Assembly (NCBI GenBank): GCA_046735395.1
Contig: JBJKQR010000062.1
Coordinates: forward strand, 1-64,000
Reading direction: 5' to 3'
Length of the DNA: 64,000 bases
Source: Fidelibacterota bacterium
GTDB taxonomy: Bacteria > Fidelibacterota > Fidelibacteria > Fidelibacterales > DSDE01
In this document: positions 12,602-23,500 of the stretch, one piece after another
Numbering within the stretch: position 1 is the stretch's first letter
Layout: each line of letters begins with the position of its first letter
Made by a program: the position numbers and the translations under genes
Notes under the pieces: generated by a model
Database searches by the model: none
What the model was told of the DNA's origin: nothing
The model's input: only the letters and a program-made list of their open reading frames with translations

Positions 12602-15600
12602 TCAGGCATGATTTCCGCCCGACTTATCCTCTTTCAGAGAGGACAAGACCTTTTTCAGTTTCCCGAAGGACAGCGGTTTTTCCAGAAACTGTATATGATC
12701 CCGGCCCAGTTCAGATTTAATTTCATCCAGATTAAAATAACCTGAAATCAGAATCATTTCCTGGCCCGGCCTGAGTTCTCGGATTTTCCTGACCAGGTCA
12801 ATCCCGCTGACGCCGGGCATGCGGACATCGCTGATAACCACGCGATACCGATCCGGGTTTGTTGAGAACAGATCAAAGGCCCGGTGGCCATCCTCTGCCG
12901 TCTCAACCATGAAACCCAATTCGCGAAGGACACGGCTGGTGACCATCAGGACATCGGAATCATTTTCCACCAGCAGAATCCGGGCTACGGCCCTTTCCTC
13001 CAGGGGCAGATAAACATGAAATACCGCACCGCCGCCTACCGGAGACTCGGCAAAGACAACGCCGTCATACTGGCTGACGATACCATAGACCTGCGACAGC
13101 CCCAGTCCGGTTCCCTTGCCCACTTCCTTGGTCGTGAAAAAGGGCTCGAAGATTCGGCGGATATATTCTTCCGGGATACCCGGGCCGTCATCTGCGACGG
13201 TCAGATGCAGGCAGGTGCCCACGATCGGGCGATCCATACCCGGACGATCCAGATCATGCTCCTTCAGAATCACTTTTTCCATCGTAACACGAATTTCGCC
13301 CCCATCCTCCATCGCATCCCGGGCATTGAAAATCAGGTTCAGAAGCACCTGTTCAATCTGCGTGGCATCAGCCTTCAGGCTGCAGTCATCACAGTTTTCC
13401 ACTGAAACGAGTAATGTCGTATTCTCGGGAAGGCTGGCCTGAATCATCACGAGGGCATCCTGAATCAGCCTGGAGATGGAATGCACTTCCATGATCCGCA
13501 CGGTCCGGCGCCCGAAATCCGTAATCTGCCGCACCAGCTGGGCCGCCCGCTCACTGGTTCTGGTAATAAAACTTACGAACTCACTCTGCCGCTGCGAAAT
13601 GCCCTTTTCCATCTTCATCAGTTCGGCCGTACCCAGAATCCCGGTGAGGAGATTATTGAAATTATGTGAAAAACCGGCTGCAAGCTGCCCCACAGCGGCC
13701 AGGCGTTCCTGTCTGACCAGAATGGACTGGGTTCTCTCCAGTTCTTCGACAGCTGTTTTCAGTTCCTCGTTGGACTCGCGGAGTCGGATTTCCGCCTTCC
13801 GACGGTCGGTCACATCCCGCTGAATCCCGAAATTTCCGGTAATCCGGCCCTGATCATCGTACAGACAGATATAGTCGCCCTCCACATACATCTGACTGCC
13901 GTCCTTGCGGCGCTCATCCGTCTCAACGTGGATATGCCCTTCGTCAAAAAGTTCCTTCCACAGCGCACGTCCCATCTCAATATCATGAGCATAAAAATCC
14001 AGGGGCCGGAGATTCAGCATTTCATCCTGTTTATACCCGTACTGATCCAGCAGGGCTTTGTTGATCCGGGTCATACGCTGATGTTCAAAAACATAATCCA
14101 GCGTCTTCTCCCGGTCAATGGTCGAATTCCAGGCAACTGGTTCATCCAGCATGAGAAAGAAAAAACCATCCAGAGACTGGCTGAAAAACAGTTCCAGTTC
14201 CATCTCCTTTTCCTTCAGGGCGATTTCCGCCTGTTGGAGACGGGTCAGATCTACGAAGGATGACAGGAGGTAGGATTCCATCTGATTTTTAAAGGTTATA
14301 CCCGAATACAGGCCCAGTCCGGGTTCGCCGGCTTTGTTACGAAAATTCACACGTTCGTTCCGGACTTCACCCTGTTCCGCAAATTTTTCCGCGAACTGTT
14401 TCCAGAGTTTGCCATCCGTCCAGAGATGCAGATCTCTCGAAGTTCGTCCCAGCACCTCTTCCTCCGTATACCCGGTGACATCGAGAAATGCCTGATTGAC
14501 CAGTGTCAGTTTCCGGGAAGGAATCCGGCTCAGGGCCAGCGCGATGGGACTTTCATGGAATATTTTCTCAAACCTGTCCTTGGCTTCCTGCAGCAGGCTC
14601 AGGTCCTTGCTCAGAGCCAGCAGGGCCGGCTGCTTATTCCAGTAGCCTTTCCGCACCTTGCTTTCAACCGGCACGAAATGACCGTCCGTGGCCTGCAGCG
14701 GCAGAGGACAGACGTCCCTCTTCCCCGAAACCATTTCGGAATAATTCTTCTTCGCCTCATCCCTCAGTTCATCCGAATAGAGGTCATAGACGGATCTGCC
14801 CAGAAGCTTCTTCCGGCTGTAGCCCAACTTCTGCGAGACTGCCGGATTCATTTCCTGAATACATCCCTCTTCATCCAGAATAAAGACCAGATCATCCAGG
14901 CTTTCAAAAAAGGTTTTCAGATTATTTTCACTGTTCTCGATCTTCAGTTCCTGTTCCTTGCGTTCACTGATATCGAGATGGACACCATACATTTTCAGGA
15001 CATTCCCCTGCTCATCGCGCTCCATTACCTTACCGCGGTCATTGATCCACATGAAATGGCCATCCTTGTGGCGGATACGGCATTCGACGCTGTACTCGGG
15101 AATTTCACCCCGAAAATGCTTCTCAAGAATCTGATTGGACAGGTCCAGATCATCAGGATGGGCGACCCGGGCCCAGGTATCAAAGGTCACCGGTTCCAGT
15201 TCTTCCCGCGTATAGCCCAGCATTTCAATCCAGCGGTCATTAACGGTAATTTCCTGACTCTGCACGTTCCATTCCCAGGTTCCGGCGGATGTACCCCGGA
15301 TAATACTGTCCAGACGGTTTCGCTGTTCCTCCGCCTCTTCATGCTGCCGGATACGCTCGCTGATGTCGGTTCGGATATTCAGACAGGCAGAGAGTCCGCC
15401 CTCATCATCAAAAATCCCCTGTATACGGCTTTCGCACATGAAGGTCCCGCCGTCAGCACGATGATTTTCCACATTCCGGATGATCATTTTTCCATCATGC
15501 AGCGCCTGAATATCCTTCTTAGTCAGCGTCTCCCTGTCAAAATCACTGCAGAATTGACCGAGACTGCTGCCGATGATATTTGCATCCTTTGTGATATACA

Positions 15601-16228
15601 GCCTGCGTGCCGCATCATTCAGGTACAGTATTTTTAAATGATTATCCGCCACAATCAGCGCATTCTGCGACTGTTCGGCAATCCGTGAAAACAGATTTCG
15701 TTCCCGGAGCTGCCGGTCTGCCTGCCGCCGCAGCGAAAGAATTTCCAGCATATCTGAAAGGATTTCAACTCGCTCCTGACACGAATCCGAGTCCTTCGGA
15801 TCCATTCCCACCAGAGCATGCAGCTGGTGAGAACCCGCCTTCAACAGCAGTCCCTGTGACGCTGCACTTTTTCCCAGATAGGGCAGAAATGCTTCGGCTC
15901 CGCTTCCCTGTATTGCTTCAGGATCAAGTATTTTCCAGGCACCGTCCGGCGGTAAAATTTTCATGAAATCCGGGCACTCAATCGAAGTCGGAACACCCCG
16001 GCTGCGGTTAACCCGGATTTTTCCGTCCTCCTCCTCCAGAAGGAGCACCTGTTTCCAGCCCAGATCCGAACCGCAGAGCGAAAAAAACAGGTCGAACACA
16101 CGTCCCATATCCGTCATCGTCATGGATTCACGCAGAAAACGGCGTCCGGCCAGCATGGGCCGATTATCAGACTGCGGTGCTTCCTTGACGGGCCCGTCCG
16201 GCATATCGTGATTGCTTGACTGTTTCAT
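12602..16228 (-). CDS. Cytoplasmic hybrid sensor histidine kinase: about five PAS/PAC domains, HisKA, HATPase, receiver
   Basis: PAS motifs ([22 protein letters not shown]), H-box [53 protein letters not shown]; no obvious TM helix. Confidence 0.93.
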   Translation of the reverse strand: MKQSSNHDMPDGPVKEAPQSDNRPMLAGRRFLRESMTMTDMGRVFDLFFSLCGSDLGWKQVLLLEEEDGKIRVNRSRGVPTSIECPDFMKILPPDGAWKILDPEAIQGSGAEAFLPYLGKSAASQGLLLKAGSHQLHALVGMDPKDSDSCQERVEILSDMLEILSLRRQADRQLRERNLFSRIAEQSQNALIVADNHLKILYLNDAARRLYITKDANIIGSSLGQFCSDFDRETLTKKDIQALHDGKMIIRNVENHRADGGTFMCESRIQGIFDDEGGLSACLNIRTDISERIRQHEEAEEQRNRLDSIIRGTSAGTWEWNVQSQEITVNDRWIEMLGYTREELEPVTFDTWARVAHPDDLDLSNQILEKHFRGEIPEYSVECRIRHKDGHFMWINDRGKVMERDEQGNVLKMYGVHLDISERKEQELKIENSENNLKTFFESLDDLVFILDEEGCIQEMNPAVSQKLGYSRKKLLGRSVYDLYSDELRDEAKKNYSEMVSGKRDVCPLPLQATDGHFVPVESKVRKGYWNKQPALLALSKDLSLLQEAKDRFEKIFHESPIALALSRIPSRKLTLVNQAFLDVTGYTEEEVLGRTSRDLHLWTDGKLWKQFAEKFAEQGEVRNERVNFRNKAGEPGLGLYSGITFKNQMESYLLSSFVDLTRLQQAEIALKEKEMELELFFSQSLDGFFFLMLDEPVAWNSTIDREKTLDYVFEHQRMTRINKALLDQYGYKQDEMLNLRPLDFYAHDIEMGRALWKELFDEGHIHVETDERRKDGSQMYVEGDYICLYDDQGRITGNFGIQRDVTDRRKAEIRLRESNEELKTAVEELERTQSILVRQERLAAVGQLAAGFSHNFNNLLTGILGTAELMKMEKGISQRQSEFVSFITRTSERAAQLVRQITDFGRRTVRIMEVHSISRLIQDALVMIQASLPENTTLLVSVENCDDCSLKADATQIEQVLLNLIFNARDAMEDGGEIRVTMEKVILKEHDLDRPGMDRPIVGTCLHLTVADDGPGIPEEYIRRIFEPFFTTKEVGKGTGLGLSQVYGIVSQYDGVVFAESPVGGGAVFHVYLPLEERAVARILLVENDSDVLMVTSRVLRELGFMVETAEDGHRAFDLFSTNPDRYRVVISDVRMPGVSGIDLVRKIRELRPGQEMILISGYFNLDEIKSELGRDHIQFLEKPLSFGKLKKVLSSLKEDKSGGNHA

Positions 16229-16501
16229 TTCACTTCCCGCTTCCGATTAAATACGACACTCCATACCAGAGATTATCCGTAATTTATGACCATAAGCTGC
16301 CGATTGCCAAAAGCATAATCCATATAAAAAAATATTTGACCGCAGTCACATGTGTAATCGATATCCGTAACAGACAAAGATAATGGCGAAATTTTTGCTG
16401 ACGGCGGTGATCCGAATAAAAACTTTTGTCTGGAAAAAAAATATTGTAACATCGTTGCGATACCAGATAAGGAATCGCTAAACAGGAAGGAAAACAGCGG
16501 C

Positions 16502-17779
16502 ATGGCAATGATAATAAGATTCAGGAACTTCATCCCCGTACTCGGATTGATCTGCGCTTCATTTCTCGGCGCGCAGGACAAGGCGGAATGGATTCCTCAC
16601 CGCAATTATACGATTCTCGATTCACTGGACAAGGTGACAGAGCAGCGTGAAGCGGCGGCTGACTCGCTGACCAAGTCCATCCGGGACCGGCAGGATGCCG
16701 AAAAAAAAGCCCGCAAGGATAAACGTAAATCCTTTGTGGCAAATTTTAAAAATGTAAAAAAGCCCTCCGGCCCGAGTGAATTCATGCGGCAGTTTGCCTT
16801 TCCCCCCGTTGCCCAGTACGAATCGGGAATGTGCTGGTGCTTTTCCATGACCTCCTTCATCGAATCGGAGATGTACCGCCTGCATGGCGACAAGATCAAA
16901 CTGTCGGAGCTGCACACGGTCTACTGGGAATATGTGGAAAAGGCGCGGCGCTATATCCGCGAACGCGGTGAGTCGGCCTTCGGAGAAGGATCGGAGAGCA
17001 ATGCCGTTCTCCGCATCATGGCCCTGCACGGAGCCGCACCGGCCTCCGCCTATACCGGATTGCTGGCGCCTGACACCTGCCATAACCACGTCATGCTGTT
17101 CAATGAACTGGAATCCTACCTGCACTATTGCCGGGACACCGATATATGGGACGAAAATACCGCCATCACCGGCGTGAAAAGCATTCTCAACAAGTATCTG
17201 GGCACACCGCCGGAACACTTCGAATTTCAGAATAAAAGCTATACGCCTCAGGAATTTTTTACATCGGTCGTGAAACTGAGTTCCGATGATTATATCGACG
17301 TCATGTCCTCCACTTCCCTGCCCTTCTACAAGTTCGGGCTCTTCGATGTCCCGGACAACTGGTGGCGCGACTCCAGCTATTACAATATTCCCCTGGACGA
17401 ATGGGTCAGCCTGCTGCAGCGTCTCTGCAAGAATGGTGTGACCACCTGCATCGGCGGAGACGTGTCCGAACCCGGGTATTACGGGGAGGAAGATGCGGCC
17501 TTTATTCCGGATTTTGATATTCCGTCCCCGCTCATCTCCCAGGACGCACGGGAATACCGCATCCGGAACGGCAGCACGGAGGACGACCACGGGATCCACC
17601 TCATCGGCAGCTGCCGCAAGGCCGGCCACGACTGGTACCTCATCAAGGACAGCTCCCAGGCCGGCAGGCTCGGAAAATTCACGGGATACCTCATGTATCG
17701 CGATGACTATGTCAAACTCAAAATGCTGTCCTACTCTGTTCCCCGCGACATGATGAAGGATCTGCTGAAAAAACAGTGA
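16502..17779 (+). CDS. Secreted papain-clan (C1) cysteine aminopeptidase, PepC-like
   Basis: Signal peptide; QYESGMCWCFS carries the oxyanion Gln and catalytic Cys; DDHGIHLIG carries the His; WYLIKDS follows. Confidence 0.85.
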   Translation: MAMIIRFRNFIPVLGLICASFLGAQDKAEWIPHRNYTILDSLDKVTEQREAAADSLTKSIRDRQDAEKKARKDKRKSFVANFKNVKKPSGPSEFMRQFAFPPVAQYESGMCWCFSMTSFIESEMYRLHGDKIKLSELHTVYWEYVEKARRYIRERGESAFGEGSESNAVLRIMALHGAAPASAYTGLLAPDTCHNHVMLFNELESYLHYCRDTDIWDENTAITGVKSILNKYLGTPPEHFEFQNKSYTPQEFFTSVVKLSSDDYIDVMSSTSLPFYKFGLFDVPDNWWRDSSYYNIPLDEWVSLLQRLCKNGVTTCIGGDVSEPGYYGEEDAAFIPDFDIPSPLISQDAREYRIRNGSTEDDHGIHLIGSCRKAGHDWYLIKDSSQAGRLGKFTGYLMYRDDYVKLKMLSYSVPRDMMKDLLKKQ

Positions 17780-17839
17780 TTATAATAACCCGGACTTTTC
17801 GGTTCTGCGGAAAGATCTGCCTGGGGAAATTGTTGGCGG

Positions 17840-17911
17840 GTTAGTGCGTTAAAGCGTTAATGCGTTAATGCGTTGATGAGTTGACGAGTTGACGAGTAGA
17901 CGAGTAGATGG
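17840..17911. repeat. Degenerate 8-bp tandem repeat, 9 units
   Basis: GTTAGTGC GTTAAAGC GTTAATGC GTTAATGC GTTGATGA GTTGACGA GTTGACGA GTAGACGA GTAGATGG. Confidence 0.85.
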
Positions 17912-17960
17912 GGAAGAAGCGGAACTCTCCGCGTCCATAGAATTTCGCCACTCGTAAACC

Positions 17961-17992
17961 AGATTGCGCTGCGGATCAGGTCCGCAGTGACA
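17961..17992. repeat. REP-like short palindrome
   Basis: CTGCGGA-TCAGG-TCCGCAG stem-loop (17969-17987) followed by TGACA; resembles small extragenic palindromes of the GTCA..CGGAC(T/C)TGATCCG type. Confidence 0.45.
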
Positions 17993-18021
17993 GTCCACAA
18001 TGACAGAAGGACACGCGCAGG

Positions 18022-18057
18022 GAGGCGAAGGCGAAGGCTAAGGTTGAGGTTGAGGAA
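18022..18057. repeat. Degenerate 6-bp tandem repeat, 6 units
   Basis: GAGGCG AAGGCG AAGGCT AAGGTT GAGGTT GAGGAA. Confidence 0.7.
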
Positions 18058-18152
18058 GAAACGAGAAATTGCCCTGCTGTAAAAGCCGGCGATCCCGGGA
18101 ATATCAACTTGTAATCTTGTGGGGCTGTTTCAGGAGCCGGGAACCGGCGCAA

Positions 18153-18256
18153 GCTTCAAACTTCCGGCTTCCAGCTTCATGCTTGCTGCGTCGAAGACGG
18201 GCTACTCGATACTCGATACTCATTACTGTCGAAGCGAAACGAAGACGGGCTACTCG
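18153..18256. repeat. Two degenerate 7-bp tandem arrays and a 17-bp direct repeat
   Basis: GCTTCAA ACTTCCG GCTTCCA GCTTCAT GCTTGCT (18153-18187); TACTCGA TACTCGA TACTCAT TACTGTC (18203-18230); CGAAGACGGGCTACTCG at 18192 and 18240. Confidence 0.7.
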
Positions 18257-18279
18257 CTACTGGCGTAGCTTCAGCCTTC

Positions 18280-19041
18280 CTATCCGTCCTCCCCGAAAAG
18301 GGATATCTGGGTCACAGGCGTATCGGGCTCGTCCGGCACTGCGTTATACAGTTTTCCGTCCAGCAGACGTCCGTTCTCATGTTTTTCCCGCCAGATGCCG
18401 TCGGGCCCCCGGCTTCCCCACTGCCGGAAAGTGAATGCGATGCCGTCCCGTTCACAGAGATCCCGGATATTCAGCACCCAATCCTTTTTCATCCTCCGGG
18501 CTTTCGGGCCGCTTTCGCCGCCGACCAGAACCCAGTGAATCCCGGTCAGATCCGGAGTTCCTATATCCTCCAGCAGCGGTTCCACCGACAGGAAGCGGAC
18601 AGTCGCCGCCACCTGACGAAGCTCATCAATGCGCGGCAGTCCATGGCGGATATTCTCGACAGTAACGCCCAGCCAGAGATTCCTCGGAATCTCCCGGGTT
18701 TTGAAATAGTCCTTCATTCGGGATGCACGTTTGGTCAGCATCTGGAACAGGTGCCGGGGCGTACGCCGGATAACATCCAGAATTTCATCTAAAAAGGCAT
18801 CGGGCATGGCCTCATGAAATACATCGCTCATGGATGACACAAAATACCAGGTCGGGCTTTTCCGTTTCAGCGGAAGCTGCAGGCGATCCGGATGCAGGGA
18901 GAATTCAAACCCATTTTCGTAGCCCGGGGCGCCCATTTTCTTCAGCCTGAGCGCAAAGCCTTCAGCATAACAGTTCCGGCAGCCTTCGGAAATTTTGCTG
19001 CATCCGGTCACCGGGTTCCAGGATTCAAATTTTCGCTGCAT
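18280..19041 (-). CDS. DUF5131 / phage Gp37-Gp68 family protein (radical-SAM-like three-Cys motif)
   Basis: WNPVTGCSKISEGCRNCYAE, FVSSMSDVFH, FQMLTKR, RFLSVEPLL, WVLVGGESG. Confidence 0.9.
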   Translation of the reverse strand: MQRKFESWNPVTGCSKISEGCRNCYAEGFALRLKKMGAPGYENGFEFSLHPDRLQLPLKRKSPTWYFVSSMSDVFHEAMPDAFLDEILDVIRRTPRHLFQMLTKRASRMKDYFKTREIPRNLWLGVTVENIRHGLPRIDELRQVAATVRFLSVEPLLEDIGTPDLTGIHWVLVGGESGPKARRMKKDWVLNIRDLCERDGIAFTFRQWGSRGPDGIWREKHENGRLLDGKLYNAVPDEPDTPVTQISLFGEDG

Positions 19042-19088
19042 GGTTCAGGTCACCGGATTTGCGATAAACACGACAAAGTCAGAAATTT

Positions 19089-19658
19089 CTATTCCATCGC
19101 CTTGCGGATATAACGTTTTATATACTCAAAATGATTCCCCACTTCCGTATCCAGATTCGGTGTGGGATCGAAGAGATCCAGATTCAGAATGAATTTCACC
19201 TTCTGATCGGGGCCGATGATATACAGATCCCTCTGAACAGCATGCCAGGCGATGGCCTGATTCACACCCGGCGCAGGATTCAGCACGGGCAGCGTCATCC
19301 CTTCACGGTCAAAGGGAGCATTGCGGTAGGGATGCACTTCAATATCGATCATGTTCACATTCCGGAAAGCTTCATCCTTCCCGAGAAGCGTATGAATTTC
19401 GTTGAGAGCGCCGAACCGGCGCAGACACTTGCCTCAACCAAGCGATCCGAAATAGACCAGCAGGACCTGGCCCTTATATTGTTCCAGGGTCAGCGTATCG
19501 CCGAAGCTCCCGGAATTCTTGTTGATATTTTTCATTGCAAACGTGGGCAGCGCCGACTTGCGCAGTTCCGGATTAATCATTTTCTGGAAATGGTCAAAAG
19601 CCGGAAGTGCCGACACCAGCATCAGCAGGACGAGTCCCATTTTTCGGATTCGAGTCAT
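19089..19658 (-). CDS. Exported thioredoxin-fold (TlpA/AhpC-TSA-like) selenoprotein of 189 aa; Sec at TGA 19436-19434
   Basis: Track ORFs 19434..19658 and 19089..19358 are in the same frame with a single stop between them. Read-through gives EQYKGQVLLVYFGSLG-U-GKCLRRFGALNEIH...DLYIIGPDQKV, a UxxC at the thioredoxin active-site position. Signal peptide and AGGAG RBS are present. Confidence 0.85.
19401..19438 (-). promoter_or_regulatory. Putative bacterial SECIS element
   Basis: mRNA GUUGAG-GCAAGUGUCU-GCGCCG-GUU-CGGCGC-U-CUCAAC. The 6-bp GC upper stem has a G-first loop starting 17 nt after UGA; a second 6-bp stem includes the UGA. Confidence 0.7.
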
Positions 19659-19670
19659 TATTCATTACTC

Positions 19671-20582
19671 CTATATAAGTCCGTATTTCTGTAGATAAGA
19701 CCGGATCAGCGCCAGCAGGGCCGATTCATAAGTCCCGTAGCTCGCAGCGCCCACAACCCATGTACCCGGATCATTGGACAACAGGCCATTGTCAGCATCA
19801 ATGCGGTCACAGTGCTGCTGCGCCAGATCGAAAAGTCCCTTGTTATAGCAGGCCAGCGCCAGAATCGTCCGCAGGCGTTCGGGATAAATAATATCCGGAA
19901 TCACCGTACTACCGTAGGCCGAGTCCGCCTTGAAAAGCCTGTTCAGATCATCCAGGCATCCGTCATAATTTTCCGATTGGAGAAAGTAGAGAGCTCTCCC
20001 GGCCAGTGCGTCATAATTATTCCGGTTTATGGCCAGGGCCTGATCCAGCGCATCATAGGCATCTGCAGGATAGAGGTCCAGCAGCAGTCCGGACCAACCC
20101 AGACCGCAGAGCGCGTCATCCGAATATTTCCGCAGGGCAGCGGCAGCAAAAAAAGCGTCGTAGGCGGACCAGTAATCACTGCCATTCAGAGCTGACCAGC
20201 CACGGGACAGGTAATCCTCAAAGGAAAATAATTTCTGATAATTCTGGGGTGTCCGGAATTCGTAGATCGCCGAGCTCACTTTCCCTGAATAGAATTCGGA
20301 CGCGCTGCTGACCCGATAATACCACAGCGTATCGGCGCTCAGATAATTGAGCGGCACCTCATGAAGCTGCCGTTCCTCCGCCAGCACCGTGTCCCGCCAG
20401 GTCTTCTGATCCTGAGAATACAGAACCCGCGAATTTGCCGGAACATTCGTCTCCCAGACAATGGTCACATGAGCCAGTTCATCAATACTCACATCCGGCC
20501 CGGAACTGATCCTCACATCCGGAATCTTCGGCTGACAGCCCAGCAGAAAAAGACTCATGAAAAGGGGAAGATATGCTTTCAT
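19671..20582 (-). CDS. Lipoprotein with FN3-like N-domain and TPR-like repeats
   Basis: Lipobox LFLLGC; FN3-like TIVWETNVPANSRVLY..HEVPLNYLSADTLWYYRVSS; TPR-like DDALCGLGW and YDALAGRALY. Start overlaps the upstream stop (ATGA). Confidence 0.75.
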   Translation of the reverse strand: MKAYLPLFMSLFLLGCQPKIPDVRISSGPDVSIDELAHVTIVWETNVPANSRVLYSQDQKTWRDTVLAEERQLHEVPLNYLSADTLWYYRVSSASEFYSGKVSSAIYEFRTPQNYQKLFSFEDYLSRGWSALNGSDYWSAYDAFFAAAALRKYSDDALCGLGWSGLLLDLYPADAYDALDQALAINRNNYDALAGRALYFLQSENYDGCLDDLNRLFKADSAYGSTVIPDIIYPERLRTILALACYNKGLFDLAQQHCDRIDADNGLLSNDPGTWVVGAASYGTYESALLALIRSYLQKYGLI

Positions 20583-23500
20583 TTGAGTACCATGATTTTA
20601 CGGGAGCTGACGCTGCCCTCGTTTTGCAGTTGCAGAAAATATATGCCCGACGAAACATTTTCACCATTCAGGCTTCGGGCATCCCAGGCCGCCCGGTAAA
20701 TGCCCGCTTCCATCATCGTATCACGCAGAATGGCCACCCTTCGGCCCAGAATATCATAGACAATGATCTTCACATGGCCGGGATGGGCAACTGTGAAGCT
20801 GAACTCGGTGCGTCCGTTGAAAGGATTGGGATAATTGGGATTGAGAATGGATTTGTCAGGCAGGATCTGTTTTCCGGATTTGGACAACCGGAAGCTGTAA
20901 TTTCCGCTGCGCTCCACCGGTGCCGAGAGTGTATTTTCTTTCGAATGGTACCGGGTGGGAAGCTCGACCCATCCGCTGTCCGTTTCCTGGATGAAGACAA
21001 AATGATTCAGAATCTCCGGGGGCAGTCCCAGTCTGTCGGCACTGGTCTGAATCGTCAGAAAATCCGCCGTCTTCATCCCGTAGGGTTGAATGGAATAAAC
21101 CCGGTTCAGATCCTGTCGAACCGGTGCACTGCGCTGATTTTCACCAAGGCTGAGCAGCAGATTTTCGGGGGCATTGTTATAAATAAGGTCAATGCGTCCA
21201 TCCGCACTGTTCAGGCTTCCGGCCGTATTGGCGGCTATCTGCAGACTCTGGACGACACAGCTGTCACGACGGATATTCTCGCTGAGATCCACACCCTGAA
21301 ATATGATTTCATCAATGGATTTCATGCCCATGGACAGACGCGTCCTGTACACATTATAGAGGCGGTCGGCCAGATCCAGACTGAAGGATTTGCCATTAAT
21401 GCGGGCATACATGTTCTCCATGATTTCTCCGGGAAAGACATAGAGATCACAGGCATTTTTCCTGAATGGTACCGGCATGAGGGCATAATGAAAATCGGAA
21501 ACGGACGAATCCTTCACCGTTTCCACGCTCAGGCTGTAGGAATTCTGCCGGTCGGTGGATACAGTCGTTTCGAGAATCGGATCCGAACGGAGATCGGAGG
21601 CCAGCACATCGCCGGCGCTGTTCCGGACGGAGATGCGGATATTCCCGGGAAAGGCGCTGGGGTTTTTCAGCTGCAGTTTCCATGTCCGCGATGGAATGCC
21701 CCGGTTCCAGATCGTAAACTTCCAGTCCCGGACGCTGAGGTCAGAATTTTTCAGGTCGTAATTGAGTTTATACCCGGGTGTATCGAAGTAGAGGGCGACG
21801 AATTTATCCCGGTTCGGTTCAAAATACAGCGCATCGCGCGTATCGTATCCGCCACGGGCGGCCTCATCAATTCCGAAACGGTTGTTCTCCGTCGTGTAGC
21901 GCATATCCGGCGACGAGACACTGAGAAGCCCGACCCAGCGATTTGTCAGTGAAATGGTTTCATTCCGGCTGTAGCTGCCCAGCGTCTCACCGCTGGGCGA
22001 AATTTTCGGAATGGCGGCCGAAACCTGTTTGCCGAAGGCTTCCCTGTCATATATTAGTTTGATGGGCAGAGAGGAATGATTCACCACCCAGTATCCCTCC
22101 CAGGTGGAAATGGTGTCCCGGTCATACCAGGAATCCACAACCGGGTCTACCGGATAGTAGGCGGATTTTTCCGATTCCCAGACATAGGCATAGGAATTCA
22201 CCCAGCCGGCCGCGGCCGCTTCGGCAATGGACAGGGTATCACCGCTCTGAGCCACTCTCACATTATTCCAGCGGATCATGCTTTCGAAGGGATTGGCCAC
22301 AAGATTCATGGACGAGCTCAAACCCGGCTGAGGCAGTTCCAGAGGATATCCGAAGGGCGTGATCACCGCCGAGCCACGGAATTTCAGGGTGACACTGGGC
22401 TGCAGATGCTGGGCAATGATGAAGCCCCGGCCCGGTTCAAAGGGCTGAAATCCGGCCGGATCCTCGCTGAAATAATTATAGCTGGAATCGATGGCGTTAT
22501 AATTGATGAGATTCCAGGTATAGGAGGTATCACTGGGAACCTGGCCGTCAATATCATCTCCCACCACGGACATGGGGCTGCCGTCGGCAGCGACAGCCGG
22601 GATGCCGATGAGCTTCCAGATATCCTTCGGCAGGGACGTGGAGGCCGATACCGTATCTCCCGAACAGGCGGAGCAGTATGACAGCGTATCCTTGTATATG
22701 TCCTCCACATGGTCGATGATCAGGGCGGATGAATACAGCGCCACATTGTCCATGTAGCCGGTAAAATGATTGGAATAGCTGGAGCTCCCGGTCTGCAGGG
22801 CACCCAGAATGACAGGATTGCTGTTGGGAAGAATTGTCTCGCTGATGGGATTATTATTGGCGGCGTAGAGGCCATTCACGTACAGGTAGCGTTTCAGCGG
22901 ATCCGTATTGTAGGTCACCACGATATGATTCCAGGTATTCTCATTCAGAATAATATTCGTATCCCAGGGCTGGTCATTCACCTGCCACAGAACAGAATTG
23001 TCACTGTCTACGGAAAGAATGAAACCCGTATCGGCCGGATAGCCCTTGGAAACCAGAGTCCGGACCGTATTCCCCGGAGAGATGTAAACCCACAGGGCAA
23101 TGCTCATGGAATTCTGAAAATTCAGGAGTGTATTATCGGGAATGACGATATCATCGTCCCCTTCGAACTGCGCAGATCTGCAGATTTTATTCACGGCCAG
23201 CTGGGGCTGAACATTGACCGAATAACCATCCAGATAATTGATGGTATAATCCTTCACTTCATCCACGCTGCCGTCGTAGCTGCAGCGGTCAAAGCGCCAG
23301 TCGGCCGTTTTCGGGGGAAGAGCCGCCGAACCGCAGACGGGACACAGGCCCAGCACATCCTGATAGATATCGAGAATCTGGTTATCCGTCAGCGCCGAAC
23401 CGTAGATCCTCATATCATCCAGAGAACCCCAGAAGAAGGAATTTTCATCCGTATCCGTGATCCGGCTCCGGCCGATGATCAGGCGTTCATCCCAGTACGG

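Noticed and set aside
17840..18256. CRISPR array or coding sequence (track ORF 18069..18434) in the repeat patch
   Set aside because: Units are 6-8 bp and contiguous with no spacers, and there are no cas genes. The ORF is low-complexity and overlaps DUF5131 antisense.
19434..19436. Genome-wide UGA reassignment (code 4 or 25), or a simple pseudogene
   Set aside because: groEL, mreB, feoB and clpC end in TGA at their expected C-termini, so UGA is a stop. The exact UxxC position plus the hairpin argues against a random nonsense mutation, though this is not excluded without finding sel genes.
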